Positions 12,159-25,954 of a stretch of DNA of 64,000 bases are shown here, one piece after another. Each line of letters starts with the position of its first letter. The stretch's first letter is position 1. The DNA comes from Lytechinus pictus (lineage: Eukaryota). Where the stretch lies: positions 6,946,001 to 7,010,000 of the forward strand of contig NC_087246.1 in NCBI RefSeq assembly GCF_037042905.1, in the 5' to 3' direction. A model generated the notes under the pieces. The model worked only from the letters and a program-made list of their open reading frames with translations, was not told the origin of the DNA and made no database searches. A program made the translations under genes and the position numbers.

Positions 12159-12430
12159 CTTGTTATTATTGTTGTTGTTGTTGTTCATCATCGTTGTCTT
12201 CTTCTTCTCCTTCTTCTTCTTCTCCTTCTTCTTCTCCTTCTTCTTCTCCTTCTTCTTCTTCTTCTTCTTCTCCTTCTTCTTCTCCTTCTCCTTCTCCTTC
12301 CTCCTCCTCTTCCATGTCCTTCTCCCCCTCCTCCTTCCGCTTCCTCCTCCACTTCCCTCCCCTCTTCCTCGTCTTCTACTCCTTCTCCTCCTCCTCCTTA
12401 TGTTTGCACCCTTTTCATCACCTCCCTCCT
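12159..12430. repeat. Compound trinucleotide microsatellite (TTG)n/(TTC,TCC)n; polypyrimidine tract
   Basis: Seen directly; it explains the low-complexity ORFs at 11930-12492. Confidence 0.95.
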
Positions 12431-15400
12431 CTCTAGCTTTCACTCTATTCCTCTTTTCTCCTTCTTTTCATATTCTTTCTCTCTGTATTTGACCTCTCTA
12501 AGATCTGCTCCTCTACACCCGTAAGTGATTCTAAATTAAATTTCAAAACCAATCAGTTGGAATTATCTGTGTATTATGCTCTGTAGTGCAGTGACTACTC
12601 CCTGTGACTCGGAAAAGAAAGACATCAAAAATGATTATTACCATTTTCCTACCGACAAATAACAGTATGTCTGGGCTGTAGAGTTCTTGGCCCATACACT
12701 TTAAAAATATATGAAAATATTCTTTTGGCCCTCTGGCAATTTCATGACATAAAAAATTATGAATGTAGTGGTCTATGCAGACAAACATTCAATATACCAC
12801 TGCTATTGGTGTCTTGTCTTTTCTTCCCTTTACTCTCTCTCTGATCATAAGATTTGTGCTAGACTTTGATAAAAAAAATATAGATGTATGATATCAGAGG
12901 TTCTTTATTCATAATGCTTTAAATGAAAGTAAGTTGTCTGGAATTTGTGAAGGGGAAATTGAGCCCCTTTGGTGATTTTATTTTCACCTGACAGGGTGGA
13001 AAAGTACATTTTTTATTGTGATGTATGGGTGCTGTTGTGAAGGAAATTGGGTGTCGGGTGTCTTATTATGAAATCATCAGTATTCTAGACTTCTTTTTCT
13101 TAACCTTTTTATTGTGGTAGTTGACACAGGGATTTTGGAAGGGGAAGTACACTGATATCAAGTTGGGTTAAGTTGAAAAAAAGAAATTAGAGAAACATTG
13201 AAAAAGGTCTGACAAAAGTCATCCAAAATACTTTTATTCCATAAATTCACATTTTGAACAGTTCATGATGACACAGGATCTGTAGACAAGTAAATGTCAT
13301 AACATAGTTTTATCTATGCAATGCCAAGTGCTGTTTACATTAGGCTTTGATATTGCAAATGGTCTGTTTGAATCCTGCTACATTTACTATCATTATGACA
13401 TGAAGGAATCCCAATGAATAAAGCAAACTATAAATAGCCCTTTCAGCCATTTTTGTTTTGTACAGGAGCATGTCCCATTTGAGAGTAACTTTTCAGCATG
13501 GACGGGTCCATGATTCAGCCAGGTCGTTTTTCAATTTAGCAATTGACCTGTTTGCTTTTTTCTGAACTTGAATCCATTCTCCAATGATAGCAGTGCTGAA
13601 CAGGGAATTTTTTTCTACCAAATAGGAGGGTAAAGTGAGTTGTCTTTTGTAAGAAAAATAGGCCGAAGCCCCTCAAAAGACGCTAAATCGTGCACCCACA
13701 TTGAAACTAAATCATTGTGACGGGTGCAAAACAAAGCTCAATTTCCTCGTCTAACGCCCCATTTTACTTTGATCAATTCAATCCTACTCTCAAGTAATAG
13801 AATCAATCATGAAATGAACACCTTTTATTTCATTAAGGCTGCAGCGTCTCTTCCAATACACAGACTGACGACCTATGACATTCACATGCAACCACCTTCC
13901 AAAAAAGCTTCGTCTTGACTTTCTCCTCGTCTCTCTGCACTGGAATTGCCGGCACAATATTAAGCCCCTTAATGAATTTGCATCCATCCTAAATCACACC
14001 AAATTGGGCAAGCCCCGTCAAGGCTGATACATTTTGGCGTGCCTTGCAGGCGAGCGCAAATAAAACAGCAAATTGTTTTAATCAGGTAGGATGCTGCACT
14101 GCCATTTATTAATTTGCCACATTAATTTTGCCAAACTGGCTCCGCTTTTGTGTTGCCTTACCTCTTCTCCCTTCGTTCGCCCTCTTGTCGTCGGTTACCC
14201 TAAAGTGCGCATGCAATGCAAATATCCGGTATGCGTAATGAGGTTTGATCGAAAGCGTAATGTGTGTGAGGGAAAGGGAAAGTGGTGGGATGGAAGAGCA
14301 ATCACGGACCAGTAATTGGCCTTGTTCATGTGGGATAAACTCTAAACAGATCCTATGTGACTGGATGGTGGTGGAAGTGGACAACGTTGGCAAGATTGAT
14401 GTATCGGACTGTGTATACATCATATTACGGGCTTTGCGCAAAAGCCAGTGTTGTATTTTGACAAATAAGAAACAGTGGAAAAGGGGCACTGTTCTTAATC
14501 CTTTATCTGTCCAGTCTGATGGGGTTTGTCTGAATTGAGCCTCCATCTTCATATATCAGATAATAGTCATTGGTCAGTGATTATTACAGAAGTTGAAGAG
14601 GCAAACATGTGCCTTTCATCTCCTATGTATTCCAGTACTTCAGATCGGCCATTAAGCAGTATATTAAATAATTTCTTCAATAAAAGTAGTATTTAACCAG
14701 AAATATTTCATGATTATACATAATAGAGAAGCTGGTATTGTTATAAGGGAATTTCTAATTATCAAATCTTTAGGTCTAAGTTTAGTAAATGTTTGGATAA
14801 TTGTGAAAACGCCAATTTGAAACATGAACTATATTCATATAAAGCTTTTCTAGCATTTTGGTATTTCATATTGAGTAGGGAAAATTAGGGAAAACCCATT
14901 AGTTCTCATCCAAAGGGTTTGATGTGTATTATGAATAGCCTAACACCTAACCTGAATCAATGAATTTCATAGTGTGGCATATTCCCGTTAGAGGGCCTTG
15001 TGAATGAAATTTCTTAAATATGGCACAATTAGATAGTGGGATTTATTGGGCTAATCCTCATTTCATCTATCCTGGGAGATGGTCATTTTGTTTGTCTAAT
15101 GCATTCCAATAAGTATGTTAGTTTACAATAATGGTAATCAAGGGAGGAAAACGAGGGGAAAAGAAAGAAAAAATCCAAACCAAAGTGACAGTGAAAAAGA
15201 GAGAAGAGCAACGAGGCAGAAAATAAATGATGTGAATTGCCTTTCTTCTTCCTGTCCCCTGTTATAGTATTATTTGTTCTCGGCGACGATCTGTAATTGG
15301 TAAGAGAATTCCCATGTTGGCTTTGAAATGATGTGAAATTAGGCTCTTTTCCCCTGCAGCCAATTGCATCTCCCCAACCGTAATGCATGCAAAATGCAAT

Positions 15401-16499
15401 TACAATCCTCAGGTCGGGAGCTAAGGTTTTATGGATTTCTGTCTATGAGGAACGCCTCTGGTGTTGTATCCTATTTTTCTCTGTACATCTTCACAGTGGT
15501 TTTATCAAAACGGTTAGCCCCTTCACCCCTTAAATTCGCTGTGTTTGTCGTTTGTTTCGTCTCTCGAGTTATGTTTTGCCTCAGTGTGCCCGTGAGGGAG
15601 GGATATGTTGCGATGATTCGCAAGCCAGCTATTGCTCGGGGTCATAATCGGAACCAGTCTAGCGCGCACTCAAATGTAATTTGCCATGTTGCAAACCAGA
15701 GCTCTGTCTAAACAAGGAGAGCGCGGGGGCAGTGTTGTTATTGCAGGGTGCCCCTGTCGGGACTAATTCAGCGTGAAAAATGCCAAATGTGTCAGGCAGG
15801 AATTGTATTGATAATTGACTGACTATGATTTGGTTATGAGTCCGGCGCAGCTTAAATAAAAAAAGAAAGGGGAAAGCCTCTGGCACTGGGGGGTAAAAAC
15901 TCAGTGAGTCTGTTGATGATGTTTCTTTTGCTTTGAATAAGCTGGAGTACTTTAGGGACCAATGTCCTTGTTTTTACCCATAGTGCCTAACTCGTCTTGT
16001 TGTCGTCCGTTTCCGCAGCCAAGCTCGTTTGCCCCTATTGCCCCAGAGTTTGTTTATTTTATGGGCCACAATCAAATGGAGTCTGATGATTAGGCAATGA
16101 AAAAATAATGCCCGAAGTCATTTCCATTCAGTGGGTGTTGACACGATTAATCCGTTCATAGGGAAGGAATCAAGATGTAGTGTGGAAGAGGGGATGTGTT
16201 AAGTGGAGCGTAGGGAGAGAGAGGAGCCTGTGGTTTTAGTATGTGAGATCTGGTGATGCTGCTGTCGGCAGCCGCATTACGTCCATTGATCCTCGCAGCA
16301 GGTTATTCGCACTTTAAGCCTCTTGCTCGCCTCTTCATCCTTGCCATGTGTTTTAAACAGAAAGGATAGCCACTGGAATAAAACTCCATCTTTGTGCGTA
16401 AGTACCTTTAGAGAGCCACAACTAAAATCGTGTGATATTATGCCCAAGACTCTTTCTACCATTTTCACATTGGCAGTCCCAATCGAATTACTGGCTAGG

Positions 16500-17522
16500 G
16501 TTTTGTTTCTTCCCCAGGGGTTTTACATTTGTGCGCGCTCTCTTTCTCTTTTTGCTTTTTTCCCTTTTTTTTTCCTCCCAAGCAGTGCATCAGCCCCTCC
16601 ACACATATTGAAGAACTCCTCTCTGAAGTGTGTCTGCAGTGGGCACACACGCATACCCTTTCTCCTCACTCACTTGCAGCTCAGCCGGCGCTAACAATAC
16701 AGCAAAAATCCGTTGACTGCTCATTGCAAGAGTATACATACGTTAGCAGAGAGGGTCTGCTCTCCTGACCAGCTAAGCTTACCAAGTCACAAGACCAGTT
16801 ATATGACCGGTAAACTACTGGATAACATGCCCCCAGCATGCCTACTGCCTGCTTGCCTGCTAGCCTGCTAACCCCTCAACCATCATTGTCGTAGTCGTTC
16901 TTTTTGTCATGGGTAGCGTGCTCTGTTAGGCTGCCTGATACCGACAACAACGTGTGACATTTATCATTGTGAGGTGATGGCAGTAGAACCCACATAGCCA
17001 TCACTCGACAGTCATTGTATGGAGAGAGACACACAGAGAGATTGAAGCAGCGGGCTAGCGAAGCTACATACATCATTCTACCCGATCGTTACCCATAGGA
17101 GAACACGGGGTTGATGTGTGCTGCTCTACGCTTACAACCAGACAACAAGCAGTAGCCATATTTTATTCAAGCCAGCTATTCTGTCTTTTCCAACTCCTTG
17201 TGTATAACTGTAATTCACTCTGAATTTGGATTTATTGCCATTGTATCAAGGATTTCCCTTTGTTGTGTTGATGATTAAACTGCCCAACTGCCTACCCCAT
17301 CAGCTTGAGATTATGGAATGGTTTAGCAAGTGTTTATATTGAGAGTACAATTGAGGATTCTGCTTATTATAGGGAGGATCAATGCGTTCATTATATCATT
17401 TGGATATATTCACTTCAATTATTGGATCGTACTCAGAGATTACTAATAGGATTATAACCTTCAATTCAACAGGATTACTTCATATAAAATATTGAATATA
17501 GTTTATTCCAGTCAACCTATTG
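16500..17522 (+). promoter_or_regulatory. Candidate internal promoter and non-coding alternative first exon of the AUTS2-like gene
   Basis: CpG-richer unique sequence with CT/GA/CA runs and (GCCT) repeats, then a UTR-like stretch ending at a good donor TTG|GTAAGG (GT at 17523). No transcript evidence; the 5' boundary is a guess. Confidence 0.3.
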
Positions 17523-18433
17523 GTAAGGCTTGTTATCTTTCATCATCTCTTTGTGTTCTGCTTACATTGAAATGATTAATCAAACACTTTCAATTAGATT
17601 TAAAAGCTTAAATTATGAGCATATTATCATGAGAGGATGCAGATTTTATTTTTCTCCTTTTTTAGCTTGAATTCAAAAATTCAGTAGGATTTTAATGCAA
17701 AGCGTAGCAACTGGTGTAGCAGACCATTGAACAACAGTGCAATCAAGTACAATACAGATCTTCACGATTCTGCAGAATGCAGTTCTATGAAAAGTATCTG
17801 AGAATTGTAATGTTAAAGGCTGAAATCAGATGATTATAACATACACGTCTTTGTATTCTAACATGTTTTGTGTACACTCCTGTTGACCTTTACTTCCTGA
17901 GTCAAAGACATTGAGTGGGTTGGCTTGATTACAGTTTCCCAAATTTACCATCCTTGTTTTGCGTTTACATTTTTATGATTGATACATCTGTGGTTCAAAC
18001 ATAAGAAAATGTAAGTAGCACACCCAGAGTATGATCCTGCCTAATACTAAGGCTATGTCTCCTGCAAGAACCATGCTTTTTGTAGCAAACAGAGACATAA
18101 AAAAAAAAAAGAGGATTTTTATCATCCTTGTAGATGCCCCTTGTTTTGTATTTCACACTATATCAGTTTTTTAATCCTAGATAAATTTCTGTATTAAAAG
18201 CCCTTTTCCCTTTAATTAGAATAGTTAATTTTCTTAACCCTAGTATTCTCCTAGTTTATTTATTACTGAAAAGTTCCAAATGCTTGACATATCAAATTTA
18301 TTTTTGTATTATATCATGGCAGTATAGTCACCTATAAATTGGAATTGAAGGTAATTGGGCAAATTAGAATAATGCTAGCATCATCCAGTAGAAACTATTA
18401 TTTCGTTTTGCACAATTTTCTGAATATATACAT

Positions 18434-18434
18434 G

Positions 18435-18474
<40 letters not shown>

Positions 18475-18491
18475 TTTGGGGGGGGGGGGGG
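18434..18491. repeat. (TA)n-(T)n-(G)n simple repeat
   Basis: Seen directly. Confidence 0.9.
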
Positions 18492-20219
18492 AGGTTTGAT
18501 GAATTTTCCAACGAGAGGAAAATTTACCTTATATTACTTTTGTTGTATTAGGCAGAATTCTTGATTTGTAGATATAGGTCAACGATATGGCTAGTTTCAC
18601 CAATAGGCCTACTTACCTGAACAAGTTCATTTTGAAGCATGTCCCTATGTAAATACACAGAAGTGCATATTTTTAAAATTTATTACGTTCTCGGAATTCC
18701 AGAAAAAAAATAGGTAGGCCGACATAGTGTAATGAATAAGTACTTCATATGCATATTTCACTAAATAAGCAATAATATGAAATGTGCGAGGTATAATAAA
18801 CCGCCAAGATAAAAATGAGATATTGAATGAAATTTGAAGTGAAATATATAGAGAAATTTTCCTCTTTAAGTCAATCCATACTATCTAGATGCTACTATTT
18901 CTTCCTTCTTTGTCTGACAAGCCATGTTTAAAATTGAAGATGTATACATTTGTATTTTGATGAGAGGGCGGCAAGGATTCATAAGAAGATGGAATAAGGG
19001 CAGATCAATTCAGTTAGCCTTAAGTGCATGCTAACTCTTTGTCCCACTTTGTATTTAATCCAGCTGGATAAGTGTGGTTTTAGAGGAGGTAGCCTAATGA
19101 CATCCCCTCGCTGTATTTCACTTTACTTGACATTTAAGCCTAAGCATGGGACTGAAGTAAAAGGAATATATACATACTGGAGGGTATTTTTGGTTTAGAA
19201 GAGATTTGTCTTTGATTCAGAAAGAGAATGCATTGGGATTACACACTGAGTTGCCTCAATTTGTTATTTTGAAATTGATATCAAATTATTTTTTATCAGT
19301 ATGATGAACCAATGTAGTTTGGATTGATGATTTTAATTTACTTTTAAGAGGAGGGAGGAAGTGTTAGATCGGTTTTAGATTTTTTGTTCTCTTTGTTGTA
19401 ACACCAGTTAGTTATTCCAGTGCATGAATATGCCCTACTATAAGAATATCCAGTCAAACATGACCCATTAATCGTACCATATGCTGCTTATTGCAACGTC
19501 TAGTGCCTCCCTAATTGCCAATGCTAATTATACTTTGAGTGTTTCAAGGATAAAAGTGGCATGATGGTGAGCGCAATTGGGAGGCCCTATAAGTAGCAAG
19601 AGAAGAGGTGTGCAAATAGAAAAGAGTTATGACCCCCCCCCCCCCCTCAAAAAAGTCTACATAATGCATTTTCCCAAGAGAGACTGGCATGCACCTACAA
19701 GTGTTAGTAACGCTTGATTATTGAGAAGTTAAGTACTGCTCTTGTGCTAGGGCTCATTAATCACACCAACAGACGAGAGCCTCAGAATGGACGCAAGAGA
19801 CCCCTTTCTGTGATTCAGTCCCATTTCCACTCGCTCTCTCTGCCACATTTTTCAGTATCATCATCTATTACGGGGCAAATGTTGCATAGCCGTGGATTAT
19901 TAGTGTCAGGAGGGAGAATGCAATCTTGCATCCGGTGATCAAATGAGGAACGATGGGGAATGGTTTGTATGAGGAACCACTTGGGTATGATAAAAAGGCC
20001 CCCTCATTGTTGCATTCACTAACAGTTTGCCGGAGATGGTGCAGTAGGGCGTCAAAATCAGCAGCCAGATGTCGGATGGGCTAATCAGTCTCACACCAGT
20101 GTGGGGTAGGGGTGTTGGGACGTACTCCATACCTATGTTGATGAGCAATTGGTTCATTTGCTCTGTTCTATCAGTATGATTACCATATAGCCATTCTTAT
20201 CATGAACATTATCTCCTCT

Positions 20220-20375
20220 ACATCACCACAAACAACAACACCTCCACCACCACCACCACCATCATCATCATGTCACCACCAGTATCATCAGACTCCTCAT
20301 CGTTATCATCATCATCATCGTTATCACCATCATCATCGTTATCATCATCATTGTCGTTATCATCATCATCATCAA
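20220..20375. repeat. Degenerate (CAT/CAC)n microsatellite
   Basis: Seen directly; explains the His/Ser-rich ORFs at 20202-20473. Confidence 0.9.
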
Positions 20376-23300
20376 CTACTACATTACGCAGTGCTCTAGA
20401 TGTACAAATCTGCTATAACTATGCCATGATAGCACCTCCTTCCCTCACTTCCGGGAATCCAAAGATTGACTGAAGACTGTCTCCACCAGGACTCTGGTGT
20501 TGACATAGTACTTTAAAATCTAATTTACATTGGGTGCACATCCCAGAGCGATCATTTGTGTTTTGATTAGATGTACAAATGCATTTTTGATTTATGACTA
20601 ACATTCATCAGCCCATGCACACGTTCATGGGCATCCACTATTATCAGGCAATAAGGAAGCTCATCCCTCCTGCCCTCCTACCTTACATCGTCCAGCTAAC
20701 CTAACTTGAATGCCACATCTGACTTGAACCAGGATCTGACATCAACACCCACAACCAGCATATGATCATCTTACCTATCTATTCTCCCATTTACCCCTTG
20801 CTATCACACTATATGCACTAGGTGAAGTTAAATGCATGTTAAATTTAATTCCACATACATTTAATACTCTGCAATGCTGACTTTACATATTTTGTAAGAA
20901 CACAAATTCCGGCTGAGGTGAACTCATTTATAAATATCAGTACAACTTTTGAGGATTAAAACTGTTTAACACAGTTTAGCTGCATAACCATATTGAAAAG
21001 TAACATATGTCATATACAAAGACTGTAAATATTCTTTGTCTGTAATAAACTTTAATTATTATTGCACTGTAATAACGTCCGTGTGTATTTGAAGTACTTC
21101 CTTTTGAACCACTTTAATCTAAGATCCTTCCCTTTCTACTTTTAGTCCTTCAACTTGAACTCCTGCTACTTCAACACATGTTTTCACTCTCCCTGTGTAC
21201 TTTTTGTTTCCTGCCATATCGACAGGAGGTGTTAAACTTAAGCATCTCTATAAAATGTTTTGTTGAAAATGTTCTTTAAAGTTCCCTCCTCCTCTTGTGC
21301 ATCCTTTCCCAGCAAATGAAGTTAAATTGATTTTACCAAAGTGTTGCAAAGAATGTTCAATTCCAAATTCATCCGTATAAAAGTGAGTCTGCAAATAGTT
21401 TCTCCATTTTTATTTCACTGTATGTCCATCAATTTTCTATCAGAGGCGTGATTTAAACTGATATTTCTTTGTCACCATCTTGCAATGTAATATCCTCAAC
21501 ATTCCACGCAGACAATAAACTTCAATTTCGGTTGAAATCTTTGAAGAGAGCTATGAACTTCAGAATCCAATCTTTGCCAATATCACCCAAATAAACACAT
21601 TTTGCCCGATGGAAATCCAGCAAATTGTCAATAGAAAGAGGACAAGAGAAAACGTTAACGCAAAGAGTATTACTTTTCACCTTCCAGTAGAGGGACTGAT
21701 ATTACCCATTACAATAGCATTGAGGACTTCTGTCTCAAAATTGGTGTCGGAATTTGGCAGCGATAGGAATTGAAGCAAATGTCTCCTGACAACTTTGATT
21801 GAATTTGTGGTATTTATTCTAGAGTAGGAGCTCTATTTGATGTGACAATAAGTTTTTTTGCGGCGGTATTAAATCAGAAAATACTGGGATGTGATCAGGT
21901 GGGATGGATAGCAGCTTGACTTACTGGCCATTCCAGGAGGTGATATTCGTCTGGATAAGATTTGAGCAAGACCCGCTTTCGTGTTTACCCTTACATTTTT
22001 CAAATCAAGTTGGCCGTGATGTTATCCCCTCTAGTAATGCGGACCTGCCATTAGTTGGGATGCTCTCAATCTCATATCTCTGGACTGCCAATATGTTTCC
22101 AATTTTATTGAATTGGATTATATTACCGCATGCAGGGGTAATACGGCGCTCTATAAATATAAAACCGTAACTTCTGACGTGACCATCCAGCGTTTGGGGC
22201 GTTGCGTCGGGCAAACAGAGAGGAAAGAAAGCAAAGCAAAGAAAGGAAGAAATGAAAATTTAGACAAGGGTATTCAAGGAATGGTATCAGTTGCAATCAT
22301 TTTATTTCTCTCCCTTCTCCCAAGCTCTTTCTCTCTTTCAATCCATGTGGAATAAAGAAATGAAGATTGTTCTGGGCCTCAAGTCTGTCAAGTGAGTGAA
22401 GATTTGTTTTGCCTGGCAAGTGCGATGTGCAAACAACCCAAGTGGGGAGAGTATATTTGTTTGGGAGCTTCGACCGTGCCAGGCAGAAAAGCCATCTCCA
22501 GGTGTAGAGACAAGAACGCCAACTCCATTTCCGTTGTCTTTATGTCTTTGCCTTCCAGTTTGTCTTTGCTGTAGGTGTATGGTGACCCAATATCAGCTCC
22601 ATCTCTGTCACTCTCTTAACAATAGTACAGGCACTTCTACCATTGCCATCAATTATTGTAACAGTCAATCAATTGATAACACCTTACAGGAGTATGTATT
22701 TCCAATTAAAAAACTTGGCTTCTCAATTAGAGCACATTATTTATTGACATCAGAGGAGATTACATCAGATTTTTGTTGATTTATCAGTTCATTATCCCAG
22801 TGCAGTTATAAAGTGCATTCACCTCAGATGAACAATGGTTAACCTTGGATGGGTGAAGTCATGTGAAATAGAATACAAGCAATGAAGTAGAGATGAATCC
22901 ATTACAGAGTTAATAGGGCGTTGGCATATTTGAAACACTAATTTGATCATTAAGGCTATTATTGGTAGATAGTCAAGCGTTGGTAGCTGCCAGTTGTAAT
23001 GGGCAAATACCATCAGGTAAAGAATTTATATTTATTTATTCATTGATATTCACTTAGATATACGATTTGATATGCAAATATGTTCGTATTGATGACAAGG
23101 CTAGATCTGAGATATATAGGACTATATTTTTTCATAATTTGATTTTTTTTAGAGAGTTTCATCCAGATTCCTTCAAGAAGATTCAATCAATGGACCTATA
23201 CTAACTAGTGTATTCACTGCAGTCTTGGTGTATTGCACAACCTATTTCTGTTTATCTTCTTGTTAATGACAGAGATTTAGCGTACCCCTGTAATCCCTCT

Positions 23301-25318
23301 TGCTCGTTCATTAATTCCAAATGAGTAGAGACACATCTTAAAAGAGCATAATAGATGGAATCTACTGGTAATAAATATCTCGTAGCCACCCTATCCGTAG
23401 TTTTGATTTAGAAGGGTCTTTAATTCAATTTGATTTGTAATAAATCCCAATTCGCCCAGACTTGGCTATCTGACAAACTGAATTACTATGATAGAATCCC
23501 TAGCTCCAGACGTACCAGTGACTAGTTTCACCAACCCAAACCTTTTTGGTCCTGGGCCAATATCAAGTAAACCATTTCTATTAGCTAGCCCATCTCTGTG
23601 CTTGCATTAGTAAGATTAGTGAATTAGTAGTGCCTCTTAACTAACTGAGAATGAATATTGGAAATAGTTTGTGATTGACTTCTTTTTTTTCTAATGGTTT
23701 GGTGCCCAAGTTGTCTGATGGTAGAGAATATTACATGTTTGGTGGAGTGTTCAGCCCAGCAAGTTTATTTGTCTTGCCATTGACATAAGCGGGCTTGTTT
23801 CTTTCGCAAGGGGGGACAGACAACAACTGTGCGTGAAATCACCTACAGCAGCGTGCCGGCGTAATTCTCCAAGAAGTTGGCGGAAGAACAGGGATTCCAA
23901 TTGTCAATAACGGTTAATGCCAATAATCGTGATCCAATTTCAGCAAAGTGAACAAATGACATCTCTCTGCCTTTCACTGCCTTCTTGTCTTCCAGTACCT
24001 TCAAACTTGGCTAGAGAATTTTAGACAGTTTTGCTGTGTTTTCATATGTCATTTGTTAATTTGAAATCATAATGATTTGCAATATTGAAAATTTGTGAGT
24101 TTGTCTTTCTTACACAACTCCATTTAATCTATAGTTTCCATCATGAACATGTTATATTTTTGAAAATATCTTTGCTGATATTGTTGCCAATTTGAATACT
24201 TAATTCATATATTTGACATGAAAATAATGTGATAGTGAATGTTAGCCAGTTAATACCAACGATTGATAACAGCACTGTAATTTGCAATTTCCTTTCTGAA
24301 CAAATCCCATATATTAAATGAAAAAATATGTCTTATGAATATTTTTGTCGATTTTGAGGACTACCCTAGGACTTTGTATATTATCATTCCTCTAGGTGTG
24401 TTAGTTATTTCTGAGAATTAGTTTTTGTCATCTGAACTCCTGAATATTAGCATCATCAATTATGACAGGAGGTTGACTACACCCACTGGGCTGGCCAGGC
24501 AAACTGGAAATGATGAAAAATTGTTAGTCCTGCCAAGTTTACACAGATATCTGAGATAGTGGGAAACTTGATCATCCGCGATGGACGATCTGTCAAAAGT
24601 GGCAAACAAAAACCCTGGTTCTTTTCCCACTTGAAGGATAGATATTGGCAAACTTGGTGACCCAAATGTGCATCATCAATACAGGGTATATGCACTTTTG
24701 ACAATCTTTTGCAACAGTTGAGTGTCTCTTTGGTATGGATATGAAATGAAATAAAAAGAAAGTGTGTAGTTTGTTCTGTTATCAAATTCTGGTCCATCCC
24801 TCGATCCATCTAAATTCTTCTTCTGAGATGGTCAAATATAGTTGCACATTTTCAAGGCTATGTTGTCAGAAAAACTAAGAACGAATTTTCATTGTATTTG
24901 TAAGCCTGATTTTTTTTTTATCTGTCAGAAGAGAAAACGTGATACAATTGGTTTGTTCATTTAATATTCTACAAGTATTTCACAAGGAAGACTTATCTAG
25001 AGAAAGATCTTCCATGTTGCTGTCATATCTACTAGTGTTAAATTGATTTGATTCTAGTCCAGATGCCTTGTTGTCCTTAGATTGGCATAAACAGGCAGTA
25101 TTTAATCATACTGAGTAAAAGTGTACACAACAGAATGTTTATTTCGTTGATATTCTCTGATTGATGCCTACATAATGTGTGTATATAGGACTATGTGAGG
25201 AGGCATGATTATATTTTATGTTCCTAAACTCAAGAATTTCAAAATACCTTTATATTACTGAACTTATTTGAGGATAACTTCTTAATTTCTTTATTTTCTT
25301 ACTTTTTACCCATTGCAG

Positions 25319-25370
25319 GCATCTGAGACAGGATCTGATCTATTCACAACGGCTAATGCAATAAACAGAA
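25319..25370 (+). CDS. AUTS2: AUTS2-family gene, short internal coding exon (ASETGSDLFTTANAINR)
   Basis: Long polypyrimidine tract plus TGCAG acceptor; GTAAGT donor at 25371; 52 nt, phase 0 to 1, matching the phase-1 start of the exon at 46053 (A+GA=Arg). Resembles vertebrate AUTS2 ASDASSEKLFNT..NK|DP (recalled). Missed by the ORF track. Confidence 0.75.
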
Positions 25371-25954
25371 GTAAGTCTGTCCTATCATGTTATATTTTGC
25401 GGCCTGCTTTGGGGATATGAAATGTATTGCTCATCCTTGAGTAATTAATTCAGTTCTTCAATGAAAAATATATAACTTAATTATTATTTACACTAATTTT
25501 TAGTATTATAGCTTATCTCTCTTAATACCTTGTATTAGTATATAATTTTTTTTTTGGGGGGGGGGGGTTGGGGTGGGTTATTCAGAAATTCATTGAAAGT
25601 TAACTGCACAGAATTTTATTTTTTATTATCATTGTTAAAAGAATGATGAACAACACTAGTTTGTCTGGTCAAGTGTGGGAGAAAGGATTCTTTCTTAGGA
25701 AATAAAAATGGCTTGAATGATTGTTGATTGTCTCTCATATTTCAATTATGATTAATAATCATATCAAAACACAGAATGGATATGACTTGACCTAATTAAT
25801 AATTATGAAGTGGGCAGTGATTGGTGATTAGATTGTGTGTAGTTAGTTGATGTAAGATGATGAATTGTGATGTTGTAGAGTTATTTCTCCATACTTCCAA
25901 CATATAAATTATGAAGTGGTAAAGAAAAGCAACACCATTTTATGAAATGACATC

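Noticed and set aside
11930..12492. Three overlapping low-complexity ORFs
   Set aside because: Products of the trinucleotide microsatellite.
14091..14552. ORFs of 74-147 aa on both strands
   Set aside because: No domain, no splice-site framing; better explained by GC-richer non-coding DNA.
20398..20580. 13 bp direct repeat TAGATGTACAAAT as a possible TSD
   Set aside because: The same word recurs near 62196 and the enclosed sequence has no TE hallmarks.
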